Positions 31,145-41,289 of a stretch of 64,000 bases of DNA are shown here, piece by piece. The number at the start of each line of letters is the position of its first letter. Position 1 is the first letter of the stretch. This stretch comes from an uncultured Pseudomonadota bacterium (GTDB lineage Bacteria; Oederibacteriota; Muellerivitia; Muellerivitales; Muellerivitaceae), in NCBI GenBank assembly GCA_963770835.1, contig CAVYRH010000005.1, forward strand, positions 192,001-256,000, written 5' to 3'. The translations under genes and the position numbers were made by a program. A model generated the notes under the pieces. It made no database searches, was not told the DNA's origin, and saw only the letters and a list, made by a program, of their open reading frames with translations.

Positions 31145-32941
31145 ATGCCCGAAAATAAAACGGAATCCTTAAAAAAGATGGTCGCTGGTTTCCCGGATTC
31201 ATTCGGTGTTTATTTGTTTAAAAGCAGCGGCAATAAAGTTTTGTACGTCGGAAAGGCAGTCTCCCTCAAAAAACGAGTTGCGTCTTATTTCAACCAAGTA
31301 GCGAAAGAAAGCCCCAAAATCCGTTCTTTGGTAGCTCAGTCAGCTCATGTGGAGTACGTCCTGACGGAGGACGAAAGCCAAGCTTTCCTTTTGGAAAGCA
31401 ACCTCATTAAACGGTACCGGCCCCGCTACAATGTGGTTTTGAGGGATGACAAAAGTTATCCTTACTTGAAACTTACACTTTCGGAGGATTTTCCGAGAAT
31501 ATTGATCTCCCGCCGACCGGCAGCGGATGGGTCCAAATATTATGGGCCCTATCCCAATCTAAAATTACGTGAAATGGTCAAGTTGATTTATCGTTATTTC
31601 AACATCCGGGACTGCAACCTTGAAATCGACGGCAAAGCTGAAAGGGCCTGTTTAAGTTATCAAATCAAACAATGCCCCGCTCCTTGCATCGGATTGATTC
31701 AAAAACAGGCTTACGGACAGTTAGTTGACCGGGTGCGTTGGTTCTTGGAGGGCAAGCACGACGATTTGATAGAACATGTAAAAACTGAAATGCTCAAGGC
31801 TTCCGATAACCAGGAATACGAAGAAGCTGCGAAGTACCGGGATCTTTTGACAACGATCGAGCAAATGCAAAGCGGTTATACGGTTATTATCCCCGAAAAA
31901 CGGGATGTAGATGTTTTTGCCTTTGCTGCGGGTTTGGGCAAGGTGCTGGTTTCCGTTCTTCAGGTCCGACAGGGCAAAGTTGTGGACCACGTGAGACTGA
32001 CACTGGATAACGAACTCGACCAGAGCTTGGAGGAGGTTTTACCACTTTTTTTCAGGCAATATTACGTTGCCGGGCTTTTTATTCCAGATGAGGTTTTGGT
32101 TTCCAGGGAGCTGACGCTGGATCCAGACATCGGCAGGAGGATTTCCCAACCCGGGGGGACTCCTATATCCCTGAAAAAGGCGGAAGGAGAATGGCGCCTC
32201 AATTTAATGAACATGGCCGAAAAGAACGTTTTAATGGCATTGAAAGAAGATGTTCAACGCGCCCAGATTTTGAAAGAATTACAGGAGTTGCTGGGACTTA
32301 AGGTCCTCCCTAGGGGTATTGCGTGTTTTGACATTTCAACCTTGCAGGGCACCTTTACGGTCGGGTCGGCTGTTTTTTTCAAGGATGGGGTCCCCGAAAA
32401 AAGCCGTTACCGCAAATTTAAAATAAAGGAAGTTCAAGGTCAGGATGATTTCAGGTCCCACCAGGAAATGATGCGGCGATATATCCGATTGGTGGAAAGG
32501 GAAGGGAACCCACTTCCGGATTTGTTTTTGATCGATGGAGGAAAGGGTCAATTGAGCGCAGTTCGGGTGGTTTTAGATAGAGAATTAGGAGAGGTTTACG
32601 GATTGGCAGCGTTGGCCAAAAGGGAAGAGGAGGTTTTTGTCCCAGGGCAAACCCATCCAGTTGATTTCAAGGGCCACTTAAAAGCCAGGCATTTGCTTCA
32701 GCGGGTGCGGGACGAATCCCACCGTTTTGCCGTTGGATATCATCGGATTATCCGAGACCGGCAAGCGGTAACTTCTATGCTTCAAAAAGTGCGGGGAATT
32801 GGCCCTTCGCGGTTACGGGCTTTGTTAAATCGGTTTGAATCGGTGAAAGGCGTCCAAGAGGCTGCTTTGGAGGATCTCACGGCTGTTCCTGGGTTTTCCA
32901 AAGAACTTGCCTATCAACTATTTAAAGCCTTAAACCCTTAG
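31145..32941 (+). CDS. uvrC: Excinuclease ABC subunit C
   Basis: GVY..YVGKA, RDDKSYPY, IDGGKGQ, RDESHRFA, HhH C-terminus. Confidence 0.98.
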   Translation: MPENKTESLKKMVAGFPDSFGVYLFKSSGNKVLYVGKAVSLKKRVASYFNQVAKESPKIRSLVAQSAHVEYVLTEDESQAFLLESNLIKRYRPRYNVVLRDDKSYPYLKLTLSEDFPRILISRRPAADGSKYYGPYPNLKLREMVKLIYRYFNIRDCNLEIDGKAERACLSYQIKQCPAPCIGLIQKQAYGQLVDRVRWFLEGKHDDLIEHVKTEMLKASDNQEYEEAAKYRDLLTTIEQMQSGYTVIIPEKRDVDVFAFAAGLGKVLVSVLQVRQGKVVDHVRLTLDNELDQSLEEVLPLFFRQYYVAGLFIPDEVLVSRELTLDPDIGRRISQPGGTPISLKKAEGEWRLNLMNMAEKNVLMALKEDVQRAQILKELQELLGLKVLPRGIACFDISTLQGTFTVGSAVFFKDGVPEKSRYRKFKIKEVQGQDDFRSHQEMMRRYIRLVEREGNPLPDLFLIDGGKGQLSAVRVVLDRELGEVYGLAALAKREEEVFVPGQTHPVDFKGHLKARHLLQRVRDESHRFAVGYHRIIRDRQAVTSMLQKVRGIGPSRLRALLNRFESVKGVQEAALEDLTAVPGFSKELAYQLFKALNP

Positions 32942-33113
32942 AGCTAAGTTGTTTTGAAAGCTTTCTTAAAACTCCCTCTTTTCTTCCATGAGTCCTAAGC
33001 GTCAAAAATTTCACAAAGAACTCACAAGGTGTTATGATTTGACCATAAAGTCAGTAAAATGACAAATTGCTCAAAAAGAAAGATTAAGTTTCCCCAATTT
33101 GTCGTGAGGCGAA

Positions 33114-34988
33114 ATGAAACATAATCCAGTTTTCTTTCGAGGCAGTGTCCTGGCCGAATTGGTCAGTCGTACCCTTTTTGTTGGCATTGTAATTCTTTTT
33201 GTTTACGGTGGTTTTGCCTATTACGTTTCCAAGCGGACCTTTGACGCGGAATTGGGGGACAGGCTGCTGGCCATTGCCCGTCTATCGGCGGGCCAAACTA
33301 AATTCGAATGGCTTCCTTTTTTAAATGGCAAAGGAGAACTTTACGAAAGGTTCCGCGAATTTTTAGATGAAAAAAAGAATGAGAGCCAGGCTCGAAACCT
33401 TTTTATTTTGGATCTGGATGGACGCGTCTTGGTGGATGCCAACGGTCAGTATGAATTTAAAGAAAACAACTGGCTTCGGGATCTGGATTCTGAACCTTTC
33501 TTGATGGCGAAAAAGGGAATCCCCTCTGCTTCCATTCTGTTTCCAGAAAGTGACGGAGGGATTTACAAAATCGGATACGCGCCCATCTACAAGAACAAGA
33601 AAGTCATAGCGATTTTGGGCGTGGAAGCGAGCGCTAAGTTCATCTCAGGTCTCAATCAATTCGCAAAAGTCTTGTTTAGTTTTGGCCTTGTATGCCTCCT
33701 ATTAATGGGTGGTCTTTTATTTGCTTTTGGTCAAAGGTTCATTTCTCCCATTGAAGAAATGGCTAAAGCTGCTCAAAGGGTTGCCGAAGGCGACTTTAGC
33801 CAAAGGATTTTGGTCACATCGGCCAATGAATTAGGAGCACTGGCCCAGGCTTTTAATGAGATGACCCGACGACTCCAAAGCCACAACGAATATATTTTAG
33901 AAAGCATGTCGAATGGATTACTTGTCATTGATTTAAGCGGTAATGTCACCACTTTTAACCAAGCGGCTGCCCAAATACTGGAAATACCCCAAGAGAAAGC
34001 CGTTCACGGGAACTTTGAGAATGTTTTTTCCGAGTATCCCACGTTCTTAAGCGCCATAAAAACGATTCGTTCGGGCCGCCAACAATTGGAAAACAAGGAA
34101 ATCAATCTTTCCGAGGAAGCACCAAAATTTATTCGGATACGGAGCGCACCCTTATTGGGGCCGGACGCTCAAGAGCTTGGGACTGAAGTCCTTTTTACCG
34201 ACGAGACCCAATTGAGGAAATTACAAGCCCAAATCAAAACATCTGAAAAAATGGCCACAATAGGAGAATTGGCAGCGGGTATCGCCCATGAGATCCGGAA
34301 TCCCCTGGGGGCCATGAAAGGATTCACGGAAATACTTCAAAAGAAATTAAAGCGCCAGCCGGAGGAACAAGAAATGGTGGCCGATATTGCCTCGGAAATT
34401 GAGATTTTAAATAAAATTGTAACCAATTTCCTGGTTTTTGCGAAACCGACGTCCGTTGAACCCCAAGAAATCGAGTTATCGGAGGTGGTCCAAGGAATAC
34501 TCCCATTGGTGAAAAAAGAGGCCGAGACCAAGAAAATAAAGGTTGTTTTTAATCCAAAATCAGGCCTTTTAACGCGTGTCGATGTGGAACAATTCCGCAG
34601 AGCCGTCTTGAACTTGGCTTTGAACGCTATTCAAGCCTCTCCCCCGGGTCGTGCCATCACCATTGGAATACAAGGTTTTTCAAGAACAGAGCTTCTCCGT
34701 TTTTTGAAGGAAAAGGGCCTTGAAGAATTGTTCCCTGTTGAAACCGAACCACAATGGGCTTCACTTTGGGTGTCGGATGAAGGCTCAGGCATTGCTCCGG
34801 AAAATATGAAAAGATTGTTTACGCCTTTTTTTACAACCAAAACAGAAGGCTTCGGGCTTGGCTTGTCGATCACGAAAAAAATCGTGGAATCCTTGGAAGG
34901 AAACGTGGCGGCCGCGAACCGCAAGGAGGGTGGGGCCATGTTTTTGATCTTATTACCCGCTGTGGAGAAAAAAAAGGAGGCTGCTTAA
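33114..34988 (+). CDS. Membrane sensor histidine kinase (HAMP-PAS-HisKA-HATPase)
   Basis: Two TM segments; AHEIRNPL; NLALNAIQA; DEGSGI, PFFTTK..GLGL. Confidence 0.96.
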   Translation: MKHNPVFFRGSVLAELVSRTLFVGIVILFVYGGFAYYVSKRTFDAELGDRLLAIARLSAGQTKFEWLPFLNGKGELYERFREFLDEKKNESQARNLFILDLDGRVLVDANGQYEFKENNWLRDLDSEPFLMAKKGIPSASILFPESDGGIYKIGYAPIYKNKKVIAILGVEASAKFISGLNQFAKVLFSFGLVCLLLMGGLLFAFGQRFISPIEEMAKAAQRVAEGDFSQRILVTSANELGALAQAFNEMTRRLQSHNEYILESMSNGLLVIDLSGNVTTFNQAAAQILEIPQEKAVHGNFENVFSEYPTFLSAIKTIRSGRQQLENKEINLSEEAPKFIRIRSAPLLGPDAQELGTEVLFTDETQLRKLQAQIKTSEKMATIGELAAGIAHEIRNPLGAMKGFTEILQKKLKRQPEEQEMVADIASEIEILNKIVTNFLVFAKPTSVEPQEIELSEVVQGILPLVKKEAETKKIKVVFNPKSGLLTRVDVEQFRRAVLNLALNAIQASPPGRAITIGIQGFSRTELLRFLKEKGLEELFPVETEPQWASLWVSDEGSGIAPENMKRLFTPFFTTKTEGFGLGLSITKKIVESLEGNVAAANRKEGGAMFLILLPAVEKKKEAA

Positions 34989-36379
34989 TGAGTACAATAT
35001 TGCTGGTCGACGATAAATCTAGTATGCGTAAGGTACTGAAACAAACACTCGAAAGCGAACAAAAAACAATTTTGGAGGCGGAAGATGGGGAAAAAGCCCT
35101 GGAAATCATCAAGGCCAAACACGTGGACGTCGTATTAACCGACATCAAAATGCCAAAACTCGATGGAATGACGCTTCTCAAGATGATCAAGGAATTGGAT
35201 TCGGAAATCGTGGTCATCATTATGACGGCCTATGGAACAATTGAAACTGCCGTGGAGGCTATGAAATTGGGGGCTTATGATTACATTACAAAACCGTTTT
35301 CCACTGAACAAGTTAAGTTGACCGTCGAAAAAGCCATTGAGCGCCAAAAACTACTTTATGAGAATAAGTACCTCCGCGAAAAGTTGAATGACCAATACAA
35401 TTATAAACGTATTGTTGGTAACAGTCCGGCTATGCAGCCAGTTTATGAGCTCATCGAGAAAGTGGCTCCGACCGATACGGCCGTGCTCATCCGCGGGGAA
35501 TCGGGGACCGGAAAAGAGCTTGTCGCCCACGCCATTCATTTCAACAGTCGCCGGAAAGAAAAACCTTTCATCAAGGTTAATTGCGCGGTTTTGGCCGAGG
35601 GTGTTCTGGAAAGCGAGCTTTTTGGTCACGAAAAAGGATCTTTTACTGGGGCGGCGGGGAAACGGATCGGCCGTTTCGAGCTGGCGAACAGCGGCTCTTT
35701 ATTCCTGGATGAAATCGGCGATATCAGTCCTGCCACGCAGGTAAAACTCCTACGGGTGTTGCAGGAAAAGGAGTTTGAGAGGGTGGGCGGAACTGAATGT
35801 ATCCATTCGGATGTTCGCGTTATTGCAGCCACGAATAAAAATCTGGAAGAAGCTATTAAGAAGGGACAATTCCGTGAAGATTTGTTCTTCCGTTTGAACG
35901 TTGTTCCCATTCAGGTTCCGCCTCTTCGGGAGCGTCGGGAGGATATTGAAAGATTGGCGGCGCATTTTTTGAACCGGTACAGCCTAGAGGCCAATAAAAA
36001 AATATCCAAAATCGATAAAAAGGCCGCTGACCTTATGACCCGTTACAATTGGCCGGGGAATGTTCGAGAACTCGAAAACGCCATCCAAAGGGCTGTTGTT
36101 TTGGCCGATGCCGATACAATTTATCCATCCAACCTTCCCCTTGATATCCAGACTTTCCAAAAAGACGAATATCTTCATTACTTGAAGGAAGATGCGAGTC
36201 TTACCGAAAAAGTTGAAAATTATGAAAAAGAATTGATCTTAAAGGCTATGGAAAAAGCCGATCGGGTCCAGACCAAAGCCGCAAAGTTACTCGATATCAA
36301 CCGAACGGCACTCATTTATAAGTTAAAAAAATATGGGCTTTTAAGCGAAGCGGTTGAAGGGAACGGCCAGCCGGAATGA
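34988..36379 (+). CDS. Sigma54-dependent (NtrC-family) response regulator
   Basis: REC domain; GESGTGKE; GSFTGA loop; WPGNVREL; Fis-type HTH. Confidence 0.97.
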   Translation: MSTILLVDDKSSMRKVLKQTLESEQKTILEAEDGEKALEIIKAKHVDVVLTDIKMPKLDGMTLLKMIKELDSEIVVIIMTAYGTIETAVEAMKLGAYDYITKPFSTEQVKLTVEKAIERQKLLYENKYLREKLNDQYNYKRIVGNSPAMQPVYELIEKVAPTDTAVLIRGESGTGKELVAHAIHFNSRRKEKPFIKVNCAVLAEGVLESELFGHEKGSFTGAAGKRIGRFELANSGSLFLDEIGDISPATQVKLLRVLQEKEFERVGGTECIHSDVRVIAATNKNLEEAIKKGQFREDLFFRLNVVPIQVPPLRERREDIERLAAHFLNRYSLEANKKISKIDKKAADLMTRYNWPGNVRELENAIQRAVVLADADTIYPSNLPLDIQTFQKDEYLHYLKEDASLTEKVENYEKELILKAMEKADRVQTKAAKLLDINRTALIYKLKKYGLLSEAVEGNGQPE

Positions 36380-37353
36380 AAAAGACTTGTGTCGTTCTTT
36401 TGCTGGGAACAGTTTTGCTGGGTTTTACACCCGTGTGGCCGCAAAAGACTGTGCCCGAATCTTCGGATTCAATTGGCAATTTGAATGATTTGCAGTGGAA
36501 GACCATCGCATCTCAATTCGAGGAATCGGTTTCTTCAATTTCCAAGTGGCTAGATAGCTGCCAAGCGGAAATGAAAAGCCTCCAAAATGATATTGGAAAA
36601 CTAGAGAAGAAAATCGCCCGTTTGCGTGAAGAAAACCGAAACGGGTCAGGGGTTATCGATGAATTCCGCCTAAAGGGGTTATTGAATGAATTGAGGGATA
36701 AACTGGAAAAGAATTCGGATTTGCAGCATCAATGGGATGAAAAGCAAAAAGAGTTCGAACAAAAGGCGATGTCACTGATCTCTCTCTACAACAGTCGGAT
36801 CGATAACGACCTGCAAGGAGCTGATCTTTCTTCCCAACCCTCCCAGCTCAATCTCACTCTGAACGAATTGGTGTTATTGATCCAAAAACGGAATCAAACC
36901 CTGGCTTTGCTAAAACGATATCCAAATAACGCCGTAGGCGAAAATCCCCTTCCGATCACAACCGTTGGGGCCCTCAAATTCGACGACCGGGAAGGCCTTC
37001 TCTTAACCTTGGATTTGATACGGGACCGAAAAAAAAGCCTGGAAGACCAGTTGGAAAAGTGGTCCATTGAGACGGATGAGGCGAAAAATGAGTTGAAGCT
37101 CCAAGGAAAAATGCGGGAATTTTTGGACGATGTTCAAAGGATGAATGAAGATTCCAGCTTTCCCCACGGCAGTTTAAAACGTAGTGATTTGGGGGATGTG
37201 GCAGGTGATAAAGAACGCAAAAGATTGCAATCTCGATTGGACAATCTTCAACAGATGACGGACCACAGTCGGGCAACGTTGACCCAACTCGATCAAATCA
37301 TGCAAAAAGTCCAAAATCACCTGAGCGCTTTAGACGAGAGGAAAGACAAATGA
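36376..37353 (+). CDS. Hypothetical secreted coiled-coil protein
   Basis: Signal peptide; heptad-rich; ATGA overlap with the regulator gene. Confidence 0.75.
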   Translation: MKKTCVVLLLGTVLLGFTPVWPQKTVPESSDSIGNLNDLQWKTIASQFEESVSSISKWLDSCQAEMKSLQNDIGKLEKKIARLREENRNGSGVIDEFRLKGLLNELRDKLEKNSDLQHQWDEKQKEFEQKAMSLISLYNSRIDNDLQGADLSSQPSQLNLTLNELVLLIQKRNQTLALLKRYPNNAVGENPLPITTVGALKFDDREGLLLTLDLIRDRKKSLEDQLEKWSIETDEAKNELKLQGKMREFLDDVQRMNEDSSFPHGSLKRSDLGDVAGDKERKRLQSRLDNLQQMTDHSRATLTQLDQIMQKVQNHLSALDERKDK

Positions 37354-38432
37354 AGAAAAAATGGCTATTACTATTTGCCCTTTTTGGCATTCTTCCAATA
37401 CTTGGATTTTCACAAGAAACGAAAAATCTTTCTGACGTTAAGTTTGCGGCTGATTTGATTCCCCTCGAATTTGGCTTTCAATTTGGCGACAACGTATTCC
37501 AATCACCCGACCTTGGCGGAAGATTATCGGATGAAATTTATGTCTTAAACGGTGGGGCCCATGTGGGTTCGTCTTTTGGTATTCTCAAAGGCGATTTGGA
37601 TTATCACTTAGGCGCCGATCAATACCAGTTTTATTCGATCTTGAACAACATTAAGAACCGATTTGATCTTTTGTTGGCGGCGGAACCAGGGGATTTTATT
37701 TTTTATTACAAGAAAGAGTATTTCGTTCGGGACAGCCAATATGAGCAGTTTAATTACTGGGATGACGACAATCTATTTGGCGCCCAGTGGAACCCATCCG
37801 GCCCGTGGAGCTATGAAGTTAAGGGGAAGAACTTCTCGCGTCAATATTACGGAACCGATTCGGCGATTCAGGCGGAGAATTTTATCGATCAAGGGGTTTT
37901 GGCAGGAATTGGGAGGGAAATCGATGAAAGAGTATCGGTGAAGTTAGAAGGAAGTTATAACAATCGGCAGTTCAACAGATGGGCGGTTACCGAAAACGCC
38001 GCCATTCCCGGAACCATTCAAACGGATGAAACCTGGTCCCTGCTTTTAAACGCCCACCTCTATTTTGAAAATATCCTCCAGGACGTGAATTTCGAGCAAC
38101 AACGGACAAACTCTAACAGTTATGGTTTTTCCAATACGGTTCAAAGCGTTTCCTGGGCCGCGGTTGTCCGCCCTTCGCCGTCGATTTATCTTCAACTGCT
38201 ATTCAGACTTTTTTCCAAGACCTATGATGTCCAACCCCTGGTAAATTCCGATCTCCATATTGGATTTATTGACGAGGACAGTCAAGACTTGCTCTCTCTC
38301 AAAGCAACATGGGAATGGGCACCCCAGTGGTCAGCCAGCCTCAGTGGAAGCCGGTTTAGAAACGAATACATTCAACCTGGGCAATATTATATCGAAAACC
38401 TTTTGACAGCAACGGTGCAACGGAACTTTTGA
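37350..38432 (+). CDS. Putative outer-membrane beta-barrel protein
   Basis: Signal peptide; alternating aromatic/polar strands; C-terminal Phe (TATVQRNF). Confidence 0.7.
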   Translation: MKKKWLLLFALFGILPILGFSQETKNLSDVKFAADLIPLEFGFQFGDNVFQSPDLGGRLSDEIYVLNGGAHVGSSFGILKGDLDYHLGADQYQFYSILNNIKNRFDLLLAAEPGDFIFYYKKEYFVRDSQYEQFNYWDDDNLFGAQWNPSGPWSYEVKGKNFSRQYYGTDSAIQAENFIDQGVLAGIGREIDERVSVKLEGSYNNRQFNRWAVTENAAIPGTIQTDETWSLLLNAHLYFENILQDVNFEQQRTNSNSYGFSNTVQSVSWAAVVRPSPSIYLQLLFRLFSKTYDVQPLVNSDLHIGFIDEDSQDLLSLKATWEWAPQWSASLSGSRFRNEYIQPGQYYIENLLTATVQRNF

Positions 38433-38541
38433 AAAGTGTTTTGATATCTTTTAGATGTTGTTGCTTATTCGAAGTTGGGTTCGTTGACAAGTTTCCGCCG
38501 GGCTTTATATGATGATCGGTAAGAAATAAGAAGGCGAGTTC

Positions 38542-39465
38542 ATGCGAAAGCCGGATGACGATTTAAAGATAGATATCGCGGATCTTTTCGGCGGGGACCT
38601 TTCTGGCCCTTCGGAAAAGCTGGACGAAGCTTCCGCGCTTATGGACTCACCGGCGGGATTTCCCGCTCAAACGCTTTCCTCTCCCGAAGCCGATAACCAT
38701 TTCAAGGAATGGATGAACAGCCGCAACGTTGAATTGGAAGCCAAAAGCCAGGAGCTAGAAAAAAAGTTTCTGGAAACTTCCGCTGCGGAAATGGTACCTG
38801 CCGAAAAATTTTCGGGTTCTGAAATTTTGACAGCTTCATCTGATGCTGAGAACTCCACTAACTCGGCCTCCACTTCCCCAATTGATTTTAACGCACCAAT
38901 TGCGCCCCCTTTCATGGGGATGGCCCTCCCCTCCCCCCCTCCCCCGGAAACCGAACCTTCGATTCCGGCGGAGGCTCCTGTAGCGGCCCTTAACACGGAA
39001 GAATTAAAAAAGCTCCAGGGTGAATATGAGTTTTTAATGCTTTATGATGAGTTTCGAAACATCATTCTTTTCGAGTTAAAAGACTTAGTGGGGGAAAGAA
39101 AAACTTATACCATGTTGGGCCGGACTGTGGAATTGGCGCGAGAAAAATTTCCAGAGATTTTCCGAAACGCAAACTGGGACTCTGCCGGCAACTTGCTTGA
39201 AGACGGTTCGGTGGATAGCCAGCGTCTCATTGAGAATAAAAATACCTTGAACTTCCAGAAGGCCGATGAGGTCCTGGACGCGGCCCTGGCGGTCTTGTTG
39301 AAACTTCGCCTCCAAGCGGTGGAAAAAGGACTTGGGCCCGGCTTAAAAAATAAAGTTCGCGCTCATCTCTACCAATGGATTAGCGAAAAAACACAAAAAG
39401 CGGTCCAAGACGGCAAAAATGCCGTGAACCTGAAAAGGTTGAGTGGATATGTGGCATCGACTTAG
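38542..39465 (+). CDS. Hypothetical protein
   Basis: 307-aa ORF with an acidic Pro-rich N-half and helical C-half; upstream TTGACA (38484) and TATGAT (38508). Confidence 0.75.
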   Translation: MRKPDDDLKIDIADLFGGDLSGPSEKLDEASALMDSPAGFPAQTLSSPEADNHFKEWMNSRNVELEAKSQELEKKFLETSAAEMVPAEKFSGSEILTASSDAENSTNSASTSPIDFNAPIAPPFMGMALPSPPPPETEPSIPAEAPVAALNTEELKKLQGEYEFLMLYDEFRNIILFELKDLVGERKTYTMLGRTVELAREKFPEIFRNANWDSAGNLLEDGSVDSQRLIENKNTLNFQKADEVLDAALAVLLKLRLQAVEKGLGPGLKNKVRAHLYQWISEKTQKAVQDGKNAVNLKRLSGYVAST

Positions 39466-39473
39466 GCGACAAG

Positions 39474-39502
39474 TTGACATGGCGAATAGAGAAAGATAAA
39501 AT
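39474..39502 (+). promoter_or_regulatory. Sigma70-type promoter upstream of rph
   Basis: TTGACA-17 nt-TAAAAT. Confidence 0.7.
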
Positions 39503-39543
39503 CCCTTTGACTTGAAATTGAAATTACCTATGGAATTCTTTGG

Positions 39544-39583
39544 AACCCCGTCTGCCATAAGCGCAAGATGGGGTTTTTTCTTT
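39544..39583 (+). terminator. Intrinsic terminator-like hairpin in the rph leader
   Basis: AACCCCGTCT/AGATGGGGTT stem followed by TTTTCTTT. Confidence 0.6.
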
Positions 39584-39606
39584 CCTAATCATGGGATCAA
39601 GAGGGT

Positions 39607-40308
39607 TTGATGACCGGCAAAATAAGACCTATACAATTTATTCGATCCTACACCCAGTATGCGGAAGGATCGGTATTGGTATCGATGGGTCAAACGAAAG
39701 TTTTGTGCAACGCTTCGGTTTCAGAAGAAGTTCCACCTTTTTTGCGGGGAAAAGGAAAAGGATGGGTTACCGCCGAGTATTCCATGCTTCCTCGAAGCAC
39801 GGCGGAACGTAGTCCCCGCGATTCGGTAAAAGGGAGAATCAATGGGCGGACCCACGAAATACAACGTTTAATTGGAAGATCTCTCCGGTCCGTTGTGGAT
39901 TTAGAAGCCTTGGGGGAGCGGCAAATCGTTCTGGATTGTGATGTCCTACAAGCCGACGGTGGAACTCGAACGGCTTCCATTAACGGAGCTTATGTGGCTT
40001 TGGTGGATGCCTTGGGAAGCTTGGGGAAAAAGAAACAACTAAGCCGAAAACCAATTCGAGAACCCATTGCAGCAGTCAGCGTTGGCATTGTCAAAGGCAA
40101 ATCGATCCTCGATTTATGTTATGAGGAAGACTCACAAGCGGATGTCGATTTCAATGTGGTCATGACTGCCTCAGGAAAGTTTGTTGAAATCCAGGGAACC
40201 GCTGAAAAGGAACCATTCAGTAAGCAACAACTGGAGGAACTTTTGAAGCTTGCCGAAAGAGGTATTTATCAAGTGATCCAAGCTCAATCACGGGCGCTTC
40301 ACAAATGA
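39607..40308 (+). CDS. rph: Ribonuclease PH
   Basis: [37 protein letters not shown]. Confidence 0.98.
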   Translation: MMTGKIRPIQFIRSYTQYAEGSVLVSMGQTKVLCNASVSEEVPPFLRGKGKGWVTAEYSMLPRSTAERSPRDSVKGRINGRTHEIQRLIGRSLRSVVDLEALGERQIVLDCDVLQADGGTRTASINGAYVALVDALGSLGKKKQLSRKPIREPIAAVSVGIVKGKSILDLCYEEDSQADVDFNVVMTASGKFVEIQGTAEKEPFSKQQLEELLKLAERGIYQVIQAQSRALHK

Positions 40309-40904
40309 AGAAGTTGGTTATTGCAACTCAAAACCGAAATAAGTTTAAAGAAATGAAGGAAGCTTTGACTGGAATCCCCTGGGATATCCTACCCGCTTTT
40401 GATTTTCCCAACGTTCCGGATGTTTTAGAAGATGGGCTGACATTGGAAGAGAATTCACTGAAAAAGGCGAGGGAGATCGCTCTTTTTACGGGCTTGACTT
40501 CTTTAGCGGATGATACGGGCTTGTTCGTGGAAGCCTTGGGCGGCCAGCCCGGGATTTATGCGGCGCGATTCGCTGGTGAGAATTGCACTTATGAGGATAA
40601 TGTAAAAAAATTATTGAAACTTCTTGTGAGCACACCGGATGATCGTAGGAATGCGTACTTTAAAACTGTTATTACTCTTTTTTCTCCCAACGATTCTTTT
40701 GACCAGGTGATTGGCGAAGTTGAAGGGTCCATTATCCGTGAACCGAGAGGGAATAGTGGATTCGGTTACGATCCCATATTTTTACCTTCGGGGTACTATA
40801 AAGTCTTTGCGGAAATGTCTTTAGAAGAAAAAAATTGGATTAGCCACCGAGGTAAAGCGGCTCAAAAGGCAAAAGAATTATTAGAGCACAAAAAAGGTGT
40901 TTAA
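40305..40904 (+). CDS. rdgB: Non-canonical purine NTP pyrophosphatase (RdgB/HAM1)
   Basis: [30 protein letters not shown]. Confidence 0.97.
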   Translation: MKKLVIATQNRNKFKEMKEALTGIPWDILPAFDFPNVPDVLEDGLTLEENSLKKAREIALFTGLTSLADDTGLFVEALGGQPGIYAARFAGENCTYEDNVKKLLKLLVSTPDDRRNAYFKTVITLFSPNDSFDQVIGEVEGSIIREPRGNSGFGYDPIFLPSGYYKVFAEMSLEEKNWISHRGKAAQKAKELLEHKKGV

Positions 40905-41048
40905 ATTTTATCTCAATATTAAATTGCCGAGGCCTGGTGGAGAGAATAGTTGTAAACGTACGAATTTAATTGAGGATTTGCTCGATTAGCTTTGCCGGCG
41001 CTGTGGTATTGGGTTTAGGTGGGTGACACAAAAGTCTGATTTTCAGGC

Positions 41049-41123
<75 letters not shown>

Positions 41124-41197
41124 GAAAACCAGTCAAAATCTAAATTTTGGAAAATTTCTCCTCATCTTCTCTAGTCAATTTCAATTTTGTTTCTGAT

Positions 41198-41274
<77 letters not shown>

Positions 41275-41289
41275 TATTTTTCAACGGTT

